Source: the human T2T-CHM13v2.0 reference genome, Homo sapiens
Direction: 5' to 3' (one strand)
DNA: 64,000 nucleotides
NCBI RefSeq assembly: GCF_009914755.1
Contig: NC_060938.1
Shown here: piece after piece, positions 45,983-58,500 of the stretch
How positions within the stretch are numbered: the first letter of the stretch is position 1
Layout of the letters: every line of letters begins with the position of its first letter
Program-made: the position numbers and the translations under genes
Notes under the pieces: generated by a model
Told to the model about the DNA's origin: nothing
The model's input: the letters and a program-made list of their open reading frames with translations, nothing else
Database searches by the model: none

Positions 45983-46470
45983 TGTCATAGGCAGAATAAT
46001 GGCCCTCAAAGATATCCAAGTCCTAATCCCTGCAACCTGTGTATGTATACCTTACACGGCAAAAGGGATTTTGCAAATGTGATTACATTGAAGACTTTTA
46101 GATGGAGAGATTCTCCTGGATTATTGGGTGGACCCAATGAAATCATAAACATCCGTAAAAGAGGAAAAGGGAGGCAGGAGAAGTAAAGTCATAGGATGTG
46201 AGAAGGGCTTGACCCTTCCCTGCTGGCTTTGAAGATGAGGGAAGGCAGCCACAAGATAAGAAATGTGGGCAGCCTCTAGAAACCAGAGAAGGCAAGGCAA
46301 TAGATTTTTCCCTTAGAGCCTCCAGGGAGGAACACATCCCTACCAACACTTTGAGACCCAGTGAAACCAGTGTTGACTTCTGATGTACAAGACCTTAAGA
46401 TAATAAATTTGTGTTGTTTTAAGACATTAGCTTTGCAGTAATTTGTTACAGCAGCAAGAAAACTAATCCA
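45983..46470 (+). mobile_element. MLT1D-like MaLR LTR
   Basis: aggcagaataatggccctcaaagat...ggcaaaagggattttgca...gtaatttgttacagcagcaagaaaactaat. Confidence 0.88.
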
Positions 46471-46537
46471 CTGACTGAAACTATTAAGCAGCTCAAACTA
46501 TTTAAATTCTATTAAATGCAACCATTGTTAAACTAAC

Positions 46538-46684
46538 CTGTAAAGTACTTGTTATAGTGTTGACCTTCTCGGTAACTTCTACTGTAGGAAGACTTCGAGT
46601 TCCCCTGTGCGTTGATCTGGCAGCCCATGGACTCAATCGGTCACGACAGCGGAAGTGATCTGATTCGCTGGATGATTCTGCCAT
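46538..46684 (-). CDS. CEP128: CEP128 first coding exon, coding part (aa 1-49); whole exon 46538-46699 includes 15 nt of 5'UTR
   Basis: Translates MAESSSESDHFRCRDRLSPWAARSTHRGTRSLPTVEVTEKVNTITSTLQ, which I recognise as the CEP128 N-terminus. Acceptor tttaaaAG|GATTTG with the exon starting at 46699; donor CAG|GTTAGT; phase 0. Confidence 0.95.
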
Positions 46685-47662
46685 TGATGTACACAAATCC
46701 TTTTAAATAAATATAGGTCAAAGTTAATGAAACAGTAAAAAGCATGGAAATAAAAGACTAATACAACAGTTTACTTTTGATCTCTTTTCTATGTTTAATA
46801 CATTAGTAATTTTGCACACTGTAATTTCTACATACATAGCTTAAAAACACAAGAAGTCACTTCCCCATGTAATTCTCCCTCCTCCATTGTCTCTGCTTTA
46901 AGGGAGCGATTCCTCAGATATGATTTTGGTCATGTTTACAACTCCAGTGATAATAATCCCTTAGATTCATGCAATGCTTCCAAATTTTAAAAGTATTGTC
47001 ACATTTAGTACCTCACTTAATACTACCAACAACACCATAAGGTAGATGAGAAAAACACAGATATTCTCTAAAGTTAGGACCAGCAAGTATCTTAATATTC
47101 ATCCAATGTCCATTATACTATAAGAACACAGGTAAAGGCCACACAGCATGACCTACAATAAGGCGGTCTCACTCAGTGTACATTGACAACTCTCATGTAC
47201 CTTGATTTCAAATAGAGTAGAATTAAACAAATGCTGTAATACAGATACAAATTCTACAATAACAGATACATGAGAAGGTGGCATCTTCAACATCTCCACC
47301 AAAATAGAAAGCCAGACATCCTAAGTATATGCATCAGTAGATAATTCTCTAAACATGCTTTTCTTCCATCCTTACCTCAGTTTTCTATTTAATACATTAA
47401 AAAAAATTATTTCATGCAAAGGAATCTCAAAAGTTTCAGGAAACCTTTTAATAGAAGTTGAAGAAACTAAGTAAGTTCAGAACAAAGAAGCATCAGAGAA
47501 ACTCAACTGATAAAAAGTGAAAGTATATTGAGTATCCCAATAATTTCATTTTCTACTTACTGGTGGGTTAACATTATTTTAAGATTAATTGCTAGAATCT
47601 TCCTAAAATCTATATGGCCATTTTGCTGGCTGATTAAATATAGTGTGATAAAAACATTTCTT

Positions 47663-47803
47663 TTTTGTTTTGTTTTCTTTTGTTTTTTGAGACGGAATCT
47701 CACTCTGTCACCCAGGCTGGAGTGCAGTGGCACGATCTCAGCTTGGCTCACTGCAACCTCCGCCTCCCAGGTTCAAGCAATTGTCCTGCCTCAGCCTCCC
47801 GAG
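47663..47803 (-). mobile_element. 5'-truncated Alu (right-arm 3' part)
   Basis: TSD aaaacatttctt on both sides. Confidence 0.9.
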
Positions 47804-48519
47804 AAAACATTTCTTGAATGACAGAGTATCTTAGACTTCCAAGATCTTTATTCTGAATGCATCTGGAAGTACATTGATCATACATTTAAGGAGACAATAA
47901 AGAGAATGTGCTAAATGTATACATGTCCTAAAGCATTTAATGAAAGCAACTGTGTTTTTAAAATATTGGATGAAACATAACTAAACAAATAAACAAGAAC
48001 TCTTGCCATAAGGTTAGGTTTTTTTTAAATGAAATACAGTCTGTTACTGCTGTATCAAAAAAAGAATCAATGAAATAGCCAACTTCTTCACAGTAGCTAA
48101 GACAGGGTTAGAGAACATCCTGTTGAACACCCATGCTTCTCCTCTGCCCAGGGCTCTTAACTTCCTTCTGCACCTATCTTCTCTGGTTCTTGCCTGTCTT
48201 ATCCCATGTATAATTACAAAGGTATAGTACCCATGATGTCACTCCCTCCCACCATAAGGAAACATGAACAAGAAATTAAGACTGAAGCAATTGTTTGGCT
48301 TTGTTTTTCCTGGCTCACAATTGCTTAAGTCCAAAGGAAAAAAGTATTTTCTTTAGAAGACAAGACATCTTACATATAACATCTTACATATAATGTTCAC
48401 CTTTTAAACTTCAGAAATCACTTGTATGCATCTCATAAATCTATGCCACATAACATAACATCTTTTACTCTAAGTTACAGTACTTCCCATCAAGCATTTT
48501 CCATTAGTGAAAGCAGGAA

Positions 48520-48770
48520 AAATCAACATTTTCTAAGACTCTGCTATTCTGCCAAGTACTATGCAGATGCTTACATAAGACAACCCAATTTAATTCTCAT
48601 AACAACTTATTAAAGTGAACACTATTAACCCCTAATTCATAGAGGATGCTACTGCTAAAAGATATTAAATAATATCCAACTCCATACAGTAATTATAAGT
48701 AGAATGCAAACCCAAGATTCAGCTGGCTTTCTCTGTCCTCAACACTATGTTCTTCCCACTGTGTTCTGCT
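48520..48770 (-). mobile_element. MIR
   Basis: tgccaagtactatgc...atttaattctcataacaac...actattaacccc. Confidence 0.6.
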
Positions 48771-50899
48771 GTCCGATTATCCTGAGAATTAACAATCTTA
48801 ACAATTAACAAAAAGTGCTAAAGAGAGCAGGTGCAGGCCAGAGCCTACATGTGTGTATAATCTTCTCAACTCCCTCTCATTTCATGTCAGCATAAAAATA
48901 TCAAGAAAAAAGGGAAATATCAAATAATAATATAAAATCTTAACTAGGCACCAGGAAAAAAACTAAGTGACATATCTATACTAATGCATTTAATAAAAAG
49001 CCCTGAAACAAATCAATCCACTGGTCCCAGATTAAGGGGTTTTTGTTTCCTTATTCCTTTTATCTCTTATATAAGAGAAAATAATAATTATGCCTGGCAT
49101 CTGTCTCTTTCATATCAAAATTCTATAGCTTAAAGCATAATAATTTTCATTTTAACAAGTCATAATTCTGGAAACTTGATTGAAGTTAAGAAATCACTGA
49201 AGTTAAGAAATCAGGCAGAATAAAAAGTTAATATTGAAAAAGACAATGTGCTTACTATAATAGTTGTTAATGAGAACAAGGAACAAAATAACTGTCTTTG
49301 AGATAACTTGATATTTCTAAGAGTATCAAAATTTTAATAATAATCAGTTATCTGAAGACATCTTCACCAGATATAAATGGCATGTCAGACACTTCTAATA
49401 CGTAGACAATTTGAGTTTCAACATGACTAAAAATAATTATAACTGAAATTTGGGGATGATATTTAAGATACAAAATAGTACAGACTAATAAACATGCATG
49501 TATCTATCACCAAGAACTAATAAACATTATCATTCTGACATATGTACCTTTGAGAGTTTTTAGTAAAATATTTAGAACACTGTAAATAAAGTCTTAGTAC
49601 CTTCCAACCACCCCTCCTTCACCCAGTACTACTCCTGCCCCATTTTCCCAGGGATAATCACTAGCATGATTTCATGTATAACTCTCCAGGCTATGTTTTT
49701 ATACTGTTCCCATAGGCATGGGTACCTCAAAGTCTTTTTTTATAAAACACACTGCACTGAATTGATAAATATTAATAAGTAAAGATACGGGGGCATCTGA
49801 ATTTAACTCTAAAGCAGAAAATCTTACTGGTATTAAAAAAAATTAAGAACAACATAAACTAAATTATCTCTAATCGTCATACAATACAAGAAAAAAGAAT
49901 GATCTCTCACCACCACTAGGATTACATACTTTTACTAAGACAGAATCACAAGTTCCGGCATGAGTTTCACTAGTACACACACACAAAGACTTCAGCTATA
50001 AAGTTAAGTTACTGTGAGCAATAAAAGATGTTCAAACTCCTGCATCTGATGGAACTCCTTCAGAGACATCAAGATTTAAGGTGAGATATATCTGAGAAAT
50101 TTGCATGGCTTTTTTTAAGCATATGAAACATTCAGCAACTATCTAAGGACTTTAATTACCTAAGTTTCATAAATGTTAAACTAAGTAAAATTTTTAAATC
50201 TCATTATAATAAAAAATAAAAGTTAGATTATTTACATTGTTGATAAAAATCTGGCATTTTCTTCCACTCTTACTGACAACACAAGGTCTTACATGATTCC
50301 CATAGCTAACTAACAGAGCACCTAACTAACCCTTTGTGCCACAACACAGAAGGCAGCTATAGTGGCAGAAATCCATCCTTACCAAGAATCTCCGATCTAT
50401 CATCAGCCAACACCACTACAACCCAGACACAGGACTGATGGAGAGAGAAACAGATGAGAATGGAGTGGCCGCTGAAGTTGGCAAGAGGCTCACACCACAT
50501 AATCAGAACCTACAGTAGAATGCATGGAGGGCCATGAAAATTCTGAGAGCCTCTTAATATAACTGACTCAAAAAGAAAAGTACAAAGCAATATGCGTCAA
50601 TTATATACTCTTCTTTTGTCATTAACAATGTATTATTTTATACTATAATTAAAAATTAATTTTATAAAAGAATGGTAAATAGTAATATCACTGGCATTAA
50701 TGAAAACTGACCAGGCCTCTGAAAATATTTTCCTCAATTAAGGTTTACCTATTATTTCATTCCATGTTAATAACAACATATTGAGAGTCGTCACATAAGG
50801 AAACAAATATTCAGGGCCATGAGAAAACATTTAACCTAATAATCTAAGAAATATAATTTAAACAATAAGACGCTTTTCTAGACTATGTAATTGTTTTCT

Positions 50900-51300
50900 T
50901 TTAAATGGTAATGTCTATGGTTAGCGAGGTTGTAGGGGAAGGAGCACTCCTACACTTTCCTAATGGGAACATGTAAATTTGAATAACTTGTCTGGATGTC
51001 AGCAGGTAATAAGTATCAAGAAGAGCTTATACCTTTGCCCTGGTAATTACATTTCCAAAAATTTCTCCTAATAAAATCATTTAGAATACATACAAAAATT
51101 TATATACAAGAATATTTACTGTAATAGAGGCAAAATAAAAACAACTCAAATTTCAAAATACAAGAATGGTTAAACTATGGTACATCTATACAATGAACAC
51201 AGACATTAAAAAATTTGTTTCTGAAGAACATTTAATGACAAAGCACGGGATAAAAGCATGAATTCCAATTTCATAATAAATGTTATCTGTATGTGTATAT
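50900..51300 (+). mobile_element. L1ME-type 3' fragment
   Basis: ggagcactcctacact...gaatggttaaactatggtacatctatacaatg. Confidence 0.6.
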
Positions 51301-51311
51301 AAATTACCAGT

Positions 51312-51693
51312 TCTATGGTTTGAATGTCCCCTCCAAAATTCACGTTGAAATTTAATCCCCAGTGAGGCAGTATTGAGAGGTGGGACCTTTAAAAGGTGAT
51401 TGGGTCATGAAGGCTCCTCCCTTATGAATGGATTAATCTATTCATGGAGTAATGGATTAGTGGGCACTGGTGGTTTTACAAGAAGAAGAGAGACGAAATA
51501 AGTATGCTTGGCCCCCTCACCAGGTGATACCCTGGACTCTGAAGACAGTCCTCACCAGTAAGAAGGTTCTCACTAGATACAGCCCCTCAACCTTGGACTT
51601 CTCAGCCTCCGTAACTGAAAGAAATAAAATCCTTTTCTTTATAAATTACCCAGTTTCAGGTATTCTCTTATAAACAACAGAAAATGAGCTAAG
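51312..51693 (+). mobile_element. MSTC-like MaLR solo LTR
   Basis: ctatggtttgaatgtcccctccaaa...atggattaatctattcatgg...ttataaattacccagtttcaggtattc. Confidence 0.85.
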
Positions 51694-51830
51694 TCTTTAT
51701 ATAAGACAACCAATATATAAATTTAGAGGTGTGGGGAAAGGCAGAGGTAAAGAGGGAGTGGGGAGAAACAGAACAAAAATAGCTTTACTATCCAGAGGTT
51801 ATAGCTGATTTGTTTTTTCAATAACAGTCC

Positions 51831-52134
<304 letters not shown>

Positions 52135-52936
52135 TCATGAATTTTCTACAATGATTTGCATTAATATACATTAATGCAAATGGAGTATAATCAGAAAGAA
52201 AACTATAATGTGTACTTAAAAGAAACAAAAACAAATTTAAAGACCTCTTCAGAGATAGCCGGTTAACAGGCTGACAGCAGATTAACAAGCTGTCGACCTG
52301 GAAAATTTGATTAAATAAAAGCTCTATATTCAGAACTTCCATTTTCTTGGTAACTGTGCCCTTTTCCTCCATGGCAACTTCCTGACCTTATTTCCTAGTC
52401 CCCTGGCATCTACCTAGGTAGGGCCATGCCACTAGTTCTCACCAACTGATGAGCTGAAGAAACGGGATCACAGTGCCAATCTTTACTATTTCATACTGAA
52501 GAGCATTCACTGACCAAAGGAAACACTTATCATGCCTTATGAACTGAAAGAAAATTTATTTTAATTGTATATTATTTTCGCTGTGTAGTTTTACTGAAGT
52601 GCAGTTACTAGATTCAAAGATGACTCACTTAAAGAAACATTCTAAACTACTAGAATGAACATAAAAATTGGAGGATATAAAAATATATTAATGTGTACCA
52701 ACATCACTTATGCATCAAAATCTACTTTGGAGAACGAATTAAAAATGGTTCACAAGTTATGTTTAATCACTATTATAATTTGAAGCGCAAAGACGAATTA
52801 TTAAGAGTAGAAGAAGAAAAACATTTATGTATGCTCAAGGAAAATCTTCATTATTGTCTTTAAAGATTTAAAAGAAAAAAGTTCAATTAGATAAGAAATT
52901 TACCCTCATTATCATAAGAAATTTCAGCGTGACACA

Positions 52937-53110
52937 TTGCTGAAAGAAAAGGAAGAACTGCTAAATTTGAAGAATGACCAAACTCTTGAATAACAATTTA
53001 AAGAAACAGAAATATCTAAATTCTGGTTAAAGCTGAGAAAGGTATTTCTTTCAATTGGAGAAAAAGCAGTAAACACTCTTCTGCAGCTTACTACCACCTG
53101 CTGGTGCAAC
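52937..53110 (+). pseudogene. Ancient hAT/Charlie transposase relic (C-terminal dimerisation region)
   Basis: Frame reads LLKEKEELLNLKNDQTLE*QFKETEISKFWLKLRKVFLSIGEKAVNTLLQLTTTCWCN, matching the Buster/Charlie E-L...FW....A...LL...TT..C pattern. Confidence 0.65.
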
Positions 53111-53914
53111 AAAATTTCTTATTAACAAGAAAGCAACAATATTTGTGCCGTCTGCTTTTCAGACGTGAGCTTTTTCCAAATCTCTAGAGAAGACTAAGAT
53201 GGGTGACCTTGAGAGAAAGTCTCTGGAATCTTAGAGCAAGCTCTGGGTCTGATATCACAATTCTTAGAATAGCTTATTTAGCTGCTCCCAACAAATCAGT
53301 ATTTAAAGGCATAAATATTGTTGCTTCTGTCTTAATGAACCTTATAAAGAAGAAATACAGCCACCAGAGCAAATAACAAATCCTCATCAATTCACTCCCA
53401 CTGAGGATCTATCCATCTGAAACAAATGCCCATATGCAAACTTGAATACTCCAACTAGAGAGAGTAAAACTGAATTCAACCTTTGTAATAAGAGGATTGG
53501 CAATGAGCCTTTACAAACTCAAGTCCACCTCTTTTGTTATTTGACCTAAAGAGCCATCAGATTGTCTTCATTATAATGATGCACATTTGTATGTATGAGA
53601 GCTGTAATTTATTGATTCTCAAACCTCTTTTCCTCTGAGCCAGTTTAAAACAATTAGGATTTGCAAGCTGTTCCATAAAAGATAAGCACCCAGCATCAGG
53701 GGTGATATTTCACAAAGACTGACTAGTGCATGTTAAGTAGGTGATTGCTTCTGTGGCCTCCAAGTGCCTCAGCTGTCCCTGCCCAAGGTAATCATCCTCA
53801 AAGAAGATGCTCAAGGTAATTGTGTTGATACTTAGGGGGGTAAGGGAAAATTGGGAGTGTACTTTACACTTAATCATTAACAAAATTCAAATTTTATGTA
53901 TTTCTCACTGTTTC

Positions 53915-54292
53915 TGATATGGTTAGGCTTTGTGTCCCCACACAAATCTCATCTTAAATTGTAATCCCCATAATCCCCATGCATTTAGTGAGAGACCTGA
54001 TGGGAGGTGACAGGATCATGGAGGCAGTTTCCTCCATGCTGTTCTCATGATAGTGAGTTCTCACAAGATCTGATGGTTTTATAAGGGGCTCTTCCCTCTT
54101 CGCTCCTCACTCTTCTCTCTCCTGCCACCATATGAGAAGGTCCAAGCTTGCTTCCCCTTCACCTTCCACCATGATTGTAAGTTTCCTGAGGTCTCCCCAG
54201 TCATGCGGAACTGTGAGTCAATTAAACCTCTTTGTTTATAAATTACCCAATCTCATGTCATATCTTTATAGCAGTATGAAAATGAACTAAGA
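53915..54292 (+). mobile_element. THE1D-like MaLR solo LTR
   Basis: tgatatggttaggctttgtgtcccca...; perfect 5-bp TSD gtttc. Confidence 0.92.
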
Positions 54293-54959
54293 GTTTCAAT
54301 AGCTGTAGGACTTGAGAGCTTTGCCTTATCCTTCTAGTGAAAAAGTTAATAAGCCAGGAGACATTACCATGCAGAAACAATTAACAATTGTACCTGTCTT
54401 CTTTACATCAGTGCTCTTCTGTAACTTCATCTCCTCAAAGTCTTTTGGTAAATTTATAAAAGATCAAAATCAACTGTCCAGTCCACCAGTCAGTTCTGTT
54501 ATGTTAGTGAACATAATACATTAGGAAACAGAATCAGATACTTAAATTGATTTTTCATCATTTAATGAGTTGTCACTACATTAGAAATGAAAGATCAAAG
54601 TAAATAAATAAGTCATAGTCTTGATGGGAGAGAAGGACATTTAAGTGTATTATAAACGGTGAGCTAAGTAATACAACAAAATCCTTGGGGAGTCAGGTTA
54701 GGATTTTTCCACTCATCTTGAAGGATGCACATAAGTTTGACAGGTGGATGAGACAAGGAAATAGGATCCACTTAAAACCTGTCTAGAGAAAAGTAGACAG
54801 GATCCAAATAAGCTGAGCTCTTGCATCCTTCTACCAGGGAAGTTCTGCCCTCGTCTGATTTTCATTCTATGGTTTCATGGGGTTTTTTTTTAATGATTCT
54901 ACTATTTTCAAAAGAAAATAAAAACATTTGAAAGCCACTACTATAACTAAAGAAAAAAA

Positions 54960-55560
54960 ACTGAAGGATCCTGAGTGGGGAGTGACATGTTAATAAGCAC
55001 ATCAACAGTAGAACAGCTGGGAGGCTGTTGCAATCATTAGGTAATGAATGGTGAGCACCTAAGACAATGGCAGTGGAGATGAAGTATAGCAGGGATGAAT
55101 TAACTCTGATGGCAAGGTAAAAGAGTAAAAGATGAATCACAAGTTTCTGGTTTTGGTAGCTGGATGGATCCTGAACTATTAAACTGAGCAAAGAAATCAA
55201 TGAAAAGAAAGAGCTTTTAGGAGAACATATGTTCTAAATTGAACTTGTCTAAGCTTCAATTAGAAAGAGAGGATCAATTTGTGTTTCATGGGAGGAAATA
55301 TCAAACTAAAGATGTCTAATATGCAACCGGATATGTGAGTCTAAGGAAATATTTGATAGTCATCAGTATAGGGGTGGATAAGACCACCAAGAAAAAAAAT
55401 GCACAGTGAGAAAAGAAGTAGAACCAAAGAAAACCCCGCAAGAACTCCAACATACAAAAGGCAGACAGAGGAGGTGGCCAATGAGATTGAGAAGAAACAT
55501 GAGAAGTAGGTGAAAAACTAGGGGAAATTGTACAACAGAAGTTATGAAAAGAAGGGTTTC
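54960..55560 (-). mobile_element. L2 fragment
   Basis: gggaggctgttgcaatcattagg, aagtttctggttttggtagctggatgg, gatatgtgagtct. Confidence 0.65.
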
Positions 55561-58500
55561 AAAAAAGTGAGAAAAAAACTGTTAGAATTTCCCAGTAATC
55601 AATGAATTGCCTTTCAACTCCAAATCCATCCTTCATTGTCTGCTCTTTGCAAACAGAGCTGAGGCCTTTAAATATTTCTCCTTTGTAGCTAGTGTGATGT
55701 TAAACTTTGTCATAGAAAGTGTTGGAAGGGTTTTTTGTTTTTTTGGTTTTTTTTTTCTCCAAGATAGTGGAATGGAGGCATTATTGGCATGCCTCTCCCA
55801 CTGGGATAAACAAAATAGTGTGTAGAAAGTCATGCTATGAACTTTCTTCCAAGAAGCAACACAGGAACTTAAAAAACACTGAAAGAAACCACAAACCCTT
55901 TGAAAGAAGCAGTGGGCAGTAGTCTACACGATAAACCAGGAGGAAAACTGGGAGTTGCCAGAGCATGAGTGGGGAGGAGAGACTGCCTCCATGATACACT
56001 CTCCCACTGGGGAGCCGAGCAATCCAGGCCACAGGGGAACACCTTAACCCTACCTAGCGCTGGTGCTACTTAGTGAGCAGTGAGGTTTTATGAAAAGGAG
56101 CAGCATCGAACCGTGTTTACTCCCAGAACCAAGCAGGGACAGAGGGAAGCCATTCCTGATCCTACCTCACAGGGGACCTCACCTGAAGTCTGCTGGTTAA
56201 CTGAGGCAGTGGTCACAGGTTGAGAGAAGCTCCCAACTGAGACCTGTGATATAATCTTTAGTGGGGACAAATGCCCTTGGTCAGAACCGAGGGGTGGGCA
56301 GAAAGTGTGCTATAGCCGCAGGCACAGGACCTGGGTGCCTCTACTTCATGGGCTGACCAGGAGGGGCACGACCTAAAAGCTGGTTTCTGTGTCAGTTGGG
56401 AACACTTATGGCTTGGGACAGTTTTGAGGGCTGCCTGGAACCCAGCTAGCTACTGCTAGCACAACACTGTGGGTATGAGACCTGCCTTGCCAAGTTCATG
56501 GGAGCTGAGTGGGGCTTACTGCCACCCGCTACCACACCCTTCCCCTTGTGGATTCTTCTGTGCAGCAGACGTAGCTGTGCTCCTCCCTGGAACATTACCC
56601 CTGCGACCAGGGAACTGCCCTCTAATCCCCATTGGAGCCACTATTTGCACTCAAACGTGGGGAGCCAGAGTGTGGACTTGCCTGACCCAGCCCCAACTAG
56701 CTTTGCCCATCCACCTACTCTGGTAGCCTAACACAACAGACAGAGACTTTTGCATGCTCCATGGCCCCACCCATTGCCTGAGACACTAGAATACCTCCCC
56801 TGGGTAACATAAGGCAAGCACAAATCCCACCACTGATACTGCAACTGTTGCTCTTTTGCAAGCACCACCTCCAGGCTGGAAGCAAACCAGCACAGCCCAT
56901 TACAATATCTGCAGGCACATCACAGTGCTCAGGAAGGAGAAAACTTTTTGCATGACCTCAGCTACCACCATTGCCTGCATCACCCTGGTTAACCAGGAGG
57001 CCTTGAGTCTGTCCACAGCCCCAGTACATTACTACTACAGCTGGCATTTGAGAAAGCCAACACACTAAGGCTATTTATAACCAAGGAAATCTCACAGAGT
57101 CTATGTCACTCTCCTCTCACCCCCATCAGAGCCATGCTAGTACTCACTGTTGGGAAACTGGAGGACAGTTTACAGCAGTGGATCCCTTTTAGACATTCTC
57201 CAGCTCCAGCCCAGAGTGCGGCAGCCCCACTAGGTGGCTAGACCCAGAGCAGCAGCAAGATTCACAGTGGTCTGGCCGTCAGAAACTGCTACTCCTAGGG
57301 AAAGGGGGCGTGTACCACATTAAGAGGGCAGACACCCCGTCGGACAAAAGAAACCGGACTGCAGGCTCTGAGTCCCTGAACCTTCCACTTGTGGGAAGTT
57401 TCTTTCAGCAGAGGCACAGGTGCAGTGCTGGGCTCAGTAGGAAAAGTATGTGGCTCTACCCCAATTGTCAGGCAGCCCTGGTGCTCATGAAGGATCTTGG
57501 AAAAGGGGACTATTTCTCCCCCTCACTCAGCACTGCAGACACAGCTGGGGCTCCTCCCACAGGAGCATGGCATGGGTGCATCTGTAGACAGCCTTTCCAT
57601 AACACTTCAGGGTGACTGCACCCCCACAAGAGGAATGTCCTCCAGGTTCAGGCTTGCAAGACAGCTAGAGTCACAGTCCGCCTCTACATGCATGAAAAGA
57701 GGTGCCTGTCTGATCTGAATAGCCAGAGCATTTCGTGCAGAGTGTGACTGGGAGGTGGATTGCTTTCCCAGTGGCCCAGAAGGGAGGCTGTGGTGGCTCC
57801 CTCCCTTGCCCACCAAAAAGACCTCAGTGCATTTCACTGAGAGCTTTCCCAGCCATCTCTGTTGAGGCTGTGACCTCTGCCCACCACTGGGATACTGCAT
57901 TTACCCAACTGCTTTAGTTGTAGCTGTTTTTCACCATGGGCACCTCCTACTGGCCTGAAGCCTGAACTGTTCAACCCAGTAAATAAAACAACAGGAAAAT
58001 AAAATTTTAAGTGCATACCTCTGAGGAATGAGATAAGCTTCATAAGATTTCTACCATTCCAGCCCCACAGGAGAGAGTAAACCTGCTCACACACCCAGCA
58101 CATCGCTACTACAACCAGCATCAGAGAAAGCCATCACACAAAGATTTTCTATAACCAGGAAACTCACACAGAGTCTTTGCCATTGAAAGTACCCAAAGCC
58201 AAAACTAGGTGACAATCAACTATAAACATTAAAGTTACATCCTCAAGGTGGGGCAGCGGGGAGAAGAAAGTTTTTAAAAATCCCTGTCCAATCAAAAACA
58301 AATTCAAAAATAATTAGAAGAAACAGTCTATCCAAATAAGAAGGAAACTAGAAAAATAATTCTGGCAATATGAAAGAACAGAGTTCTATAACACTCCCAA
58401 AAGATCACACTAACTCTCCAGCAATGGATCCAAACCAAGATGAAATTTTTGAAATACCAGATAAAAAATTCAAAAGGTTGATTATTAAATTATTCAAGGA

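Noticed and set aside
46502-46696. ORF-track 64-aa ORF as a stand-alone gene
   Set aside because: It is the first CEP128 coding exon read from an upstream TTG and through the donor into intron.
55835-58121. Second cluster of GC-rich ORFs
   Set aside because: It is the long 5'UTR of the L1PA15/16-like element.
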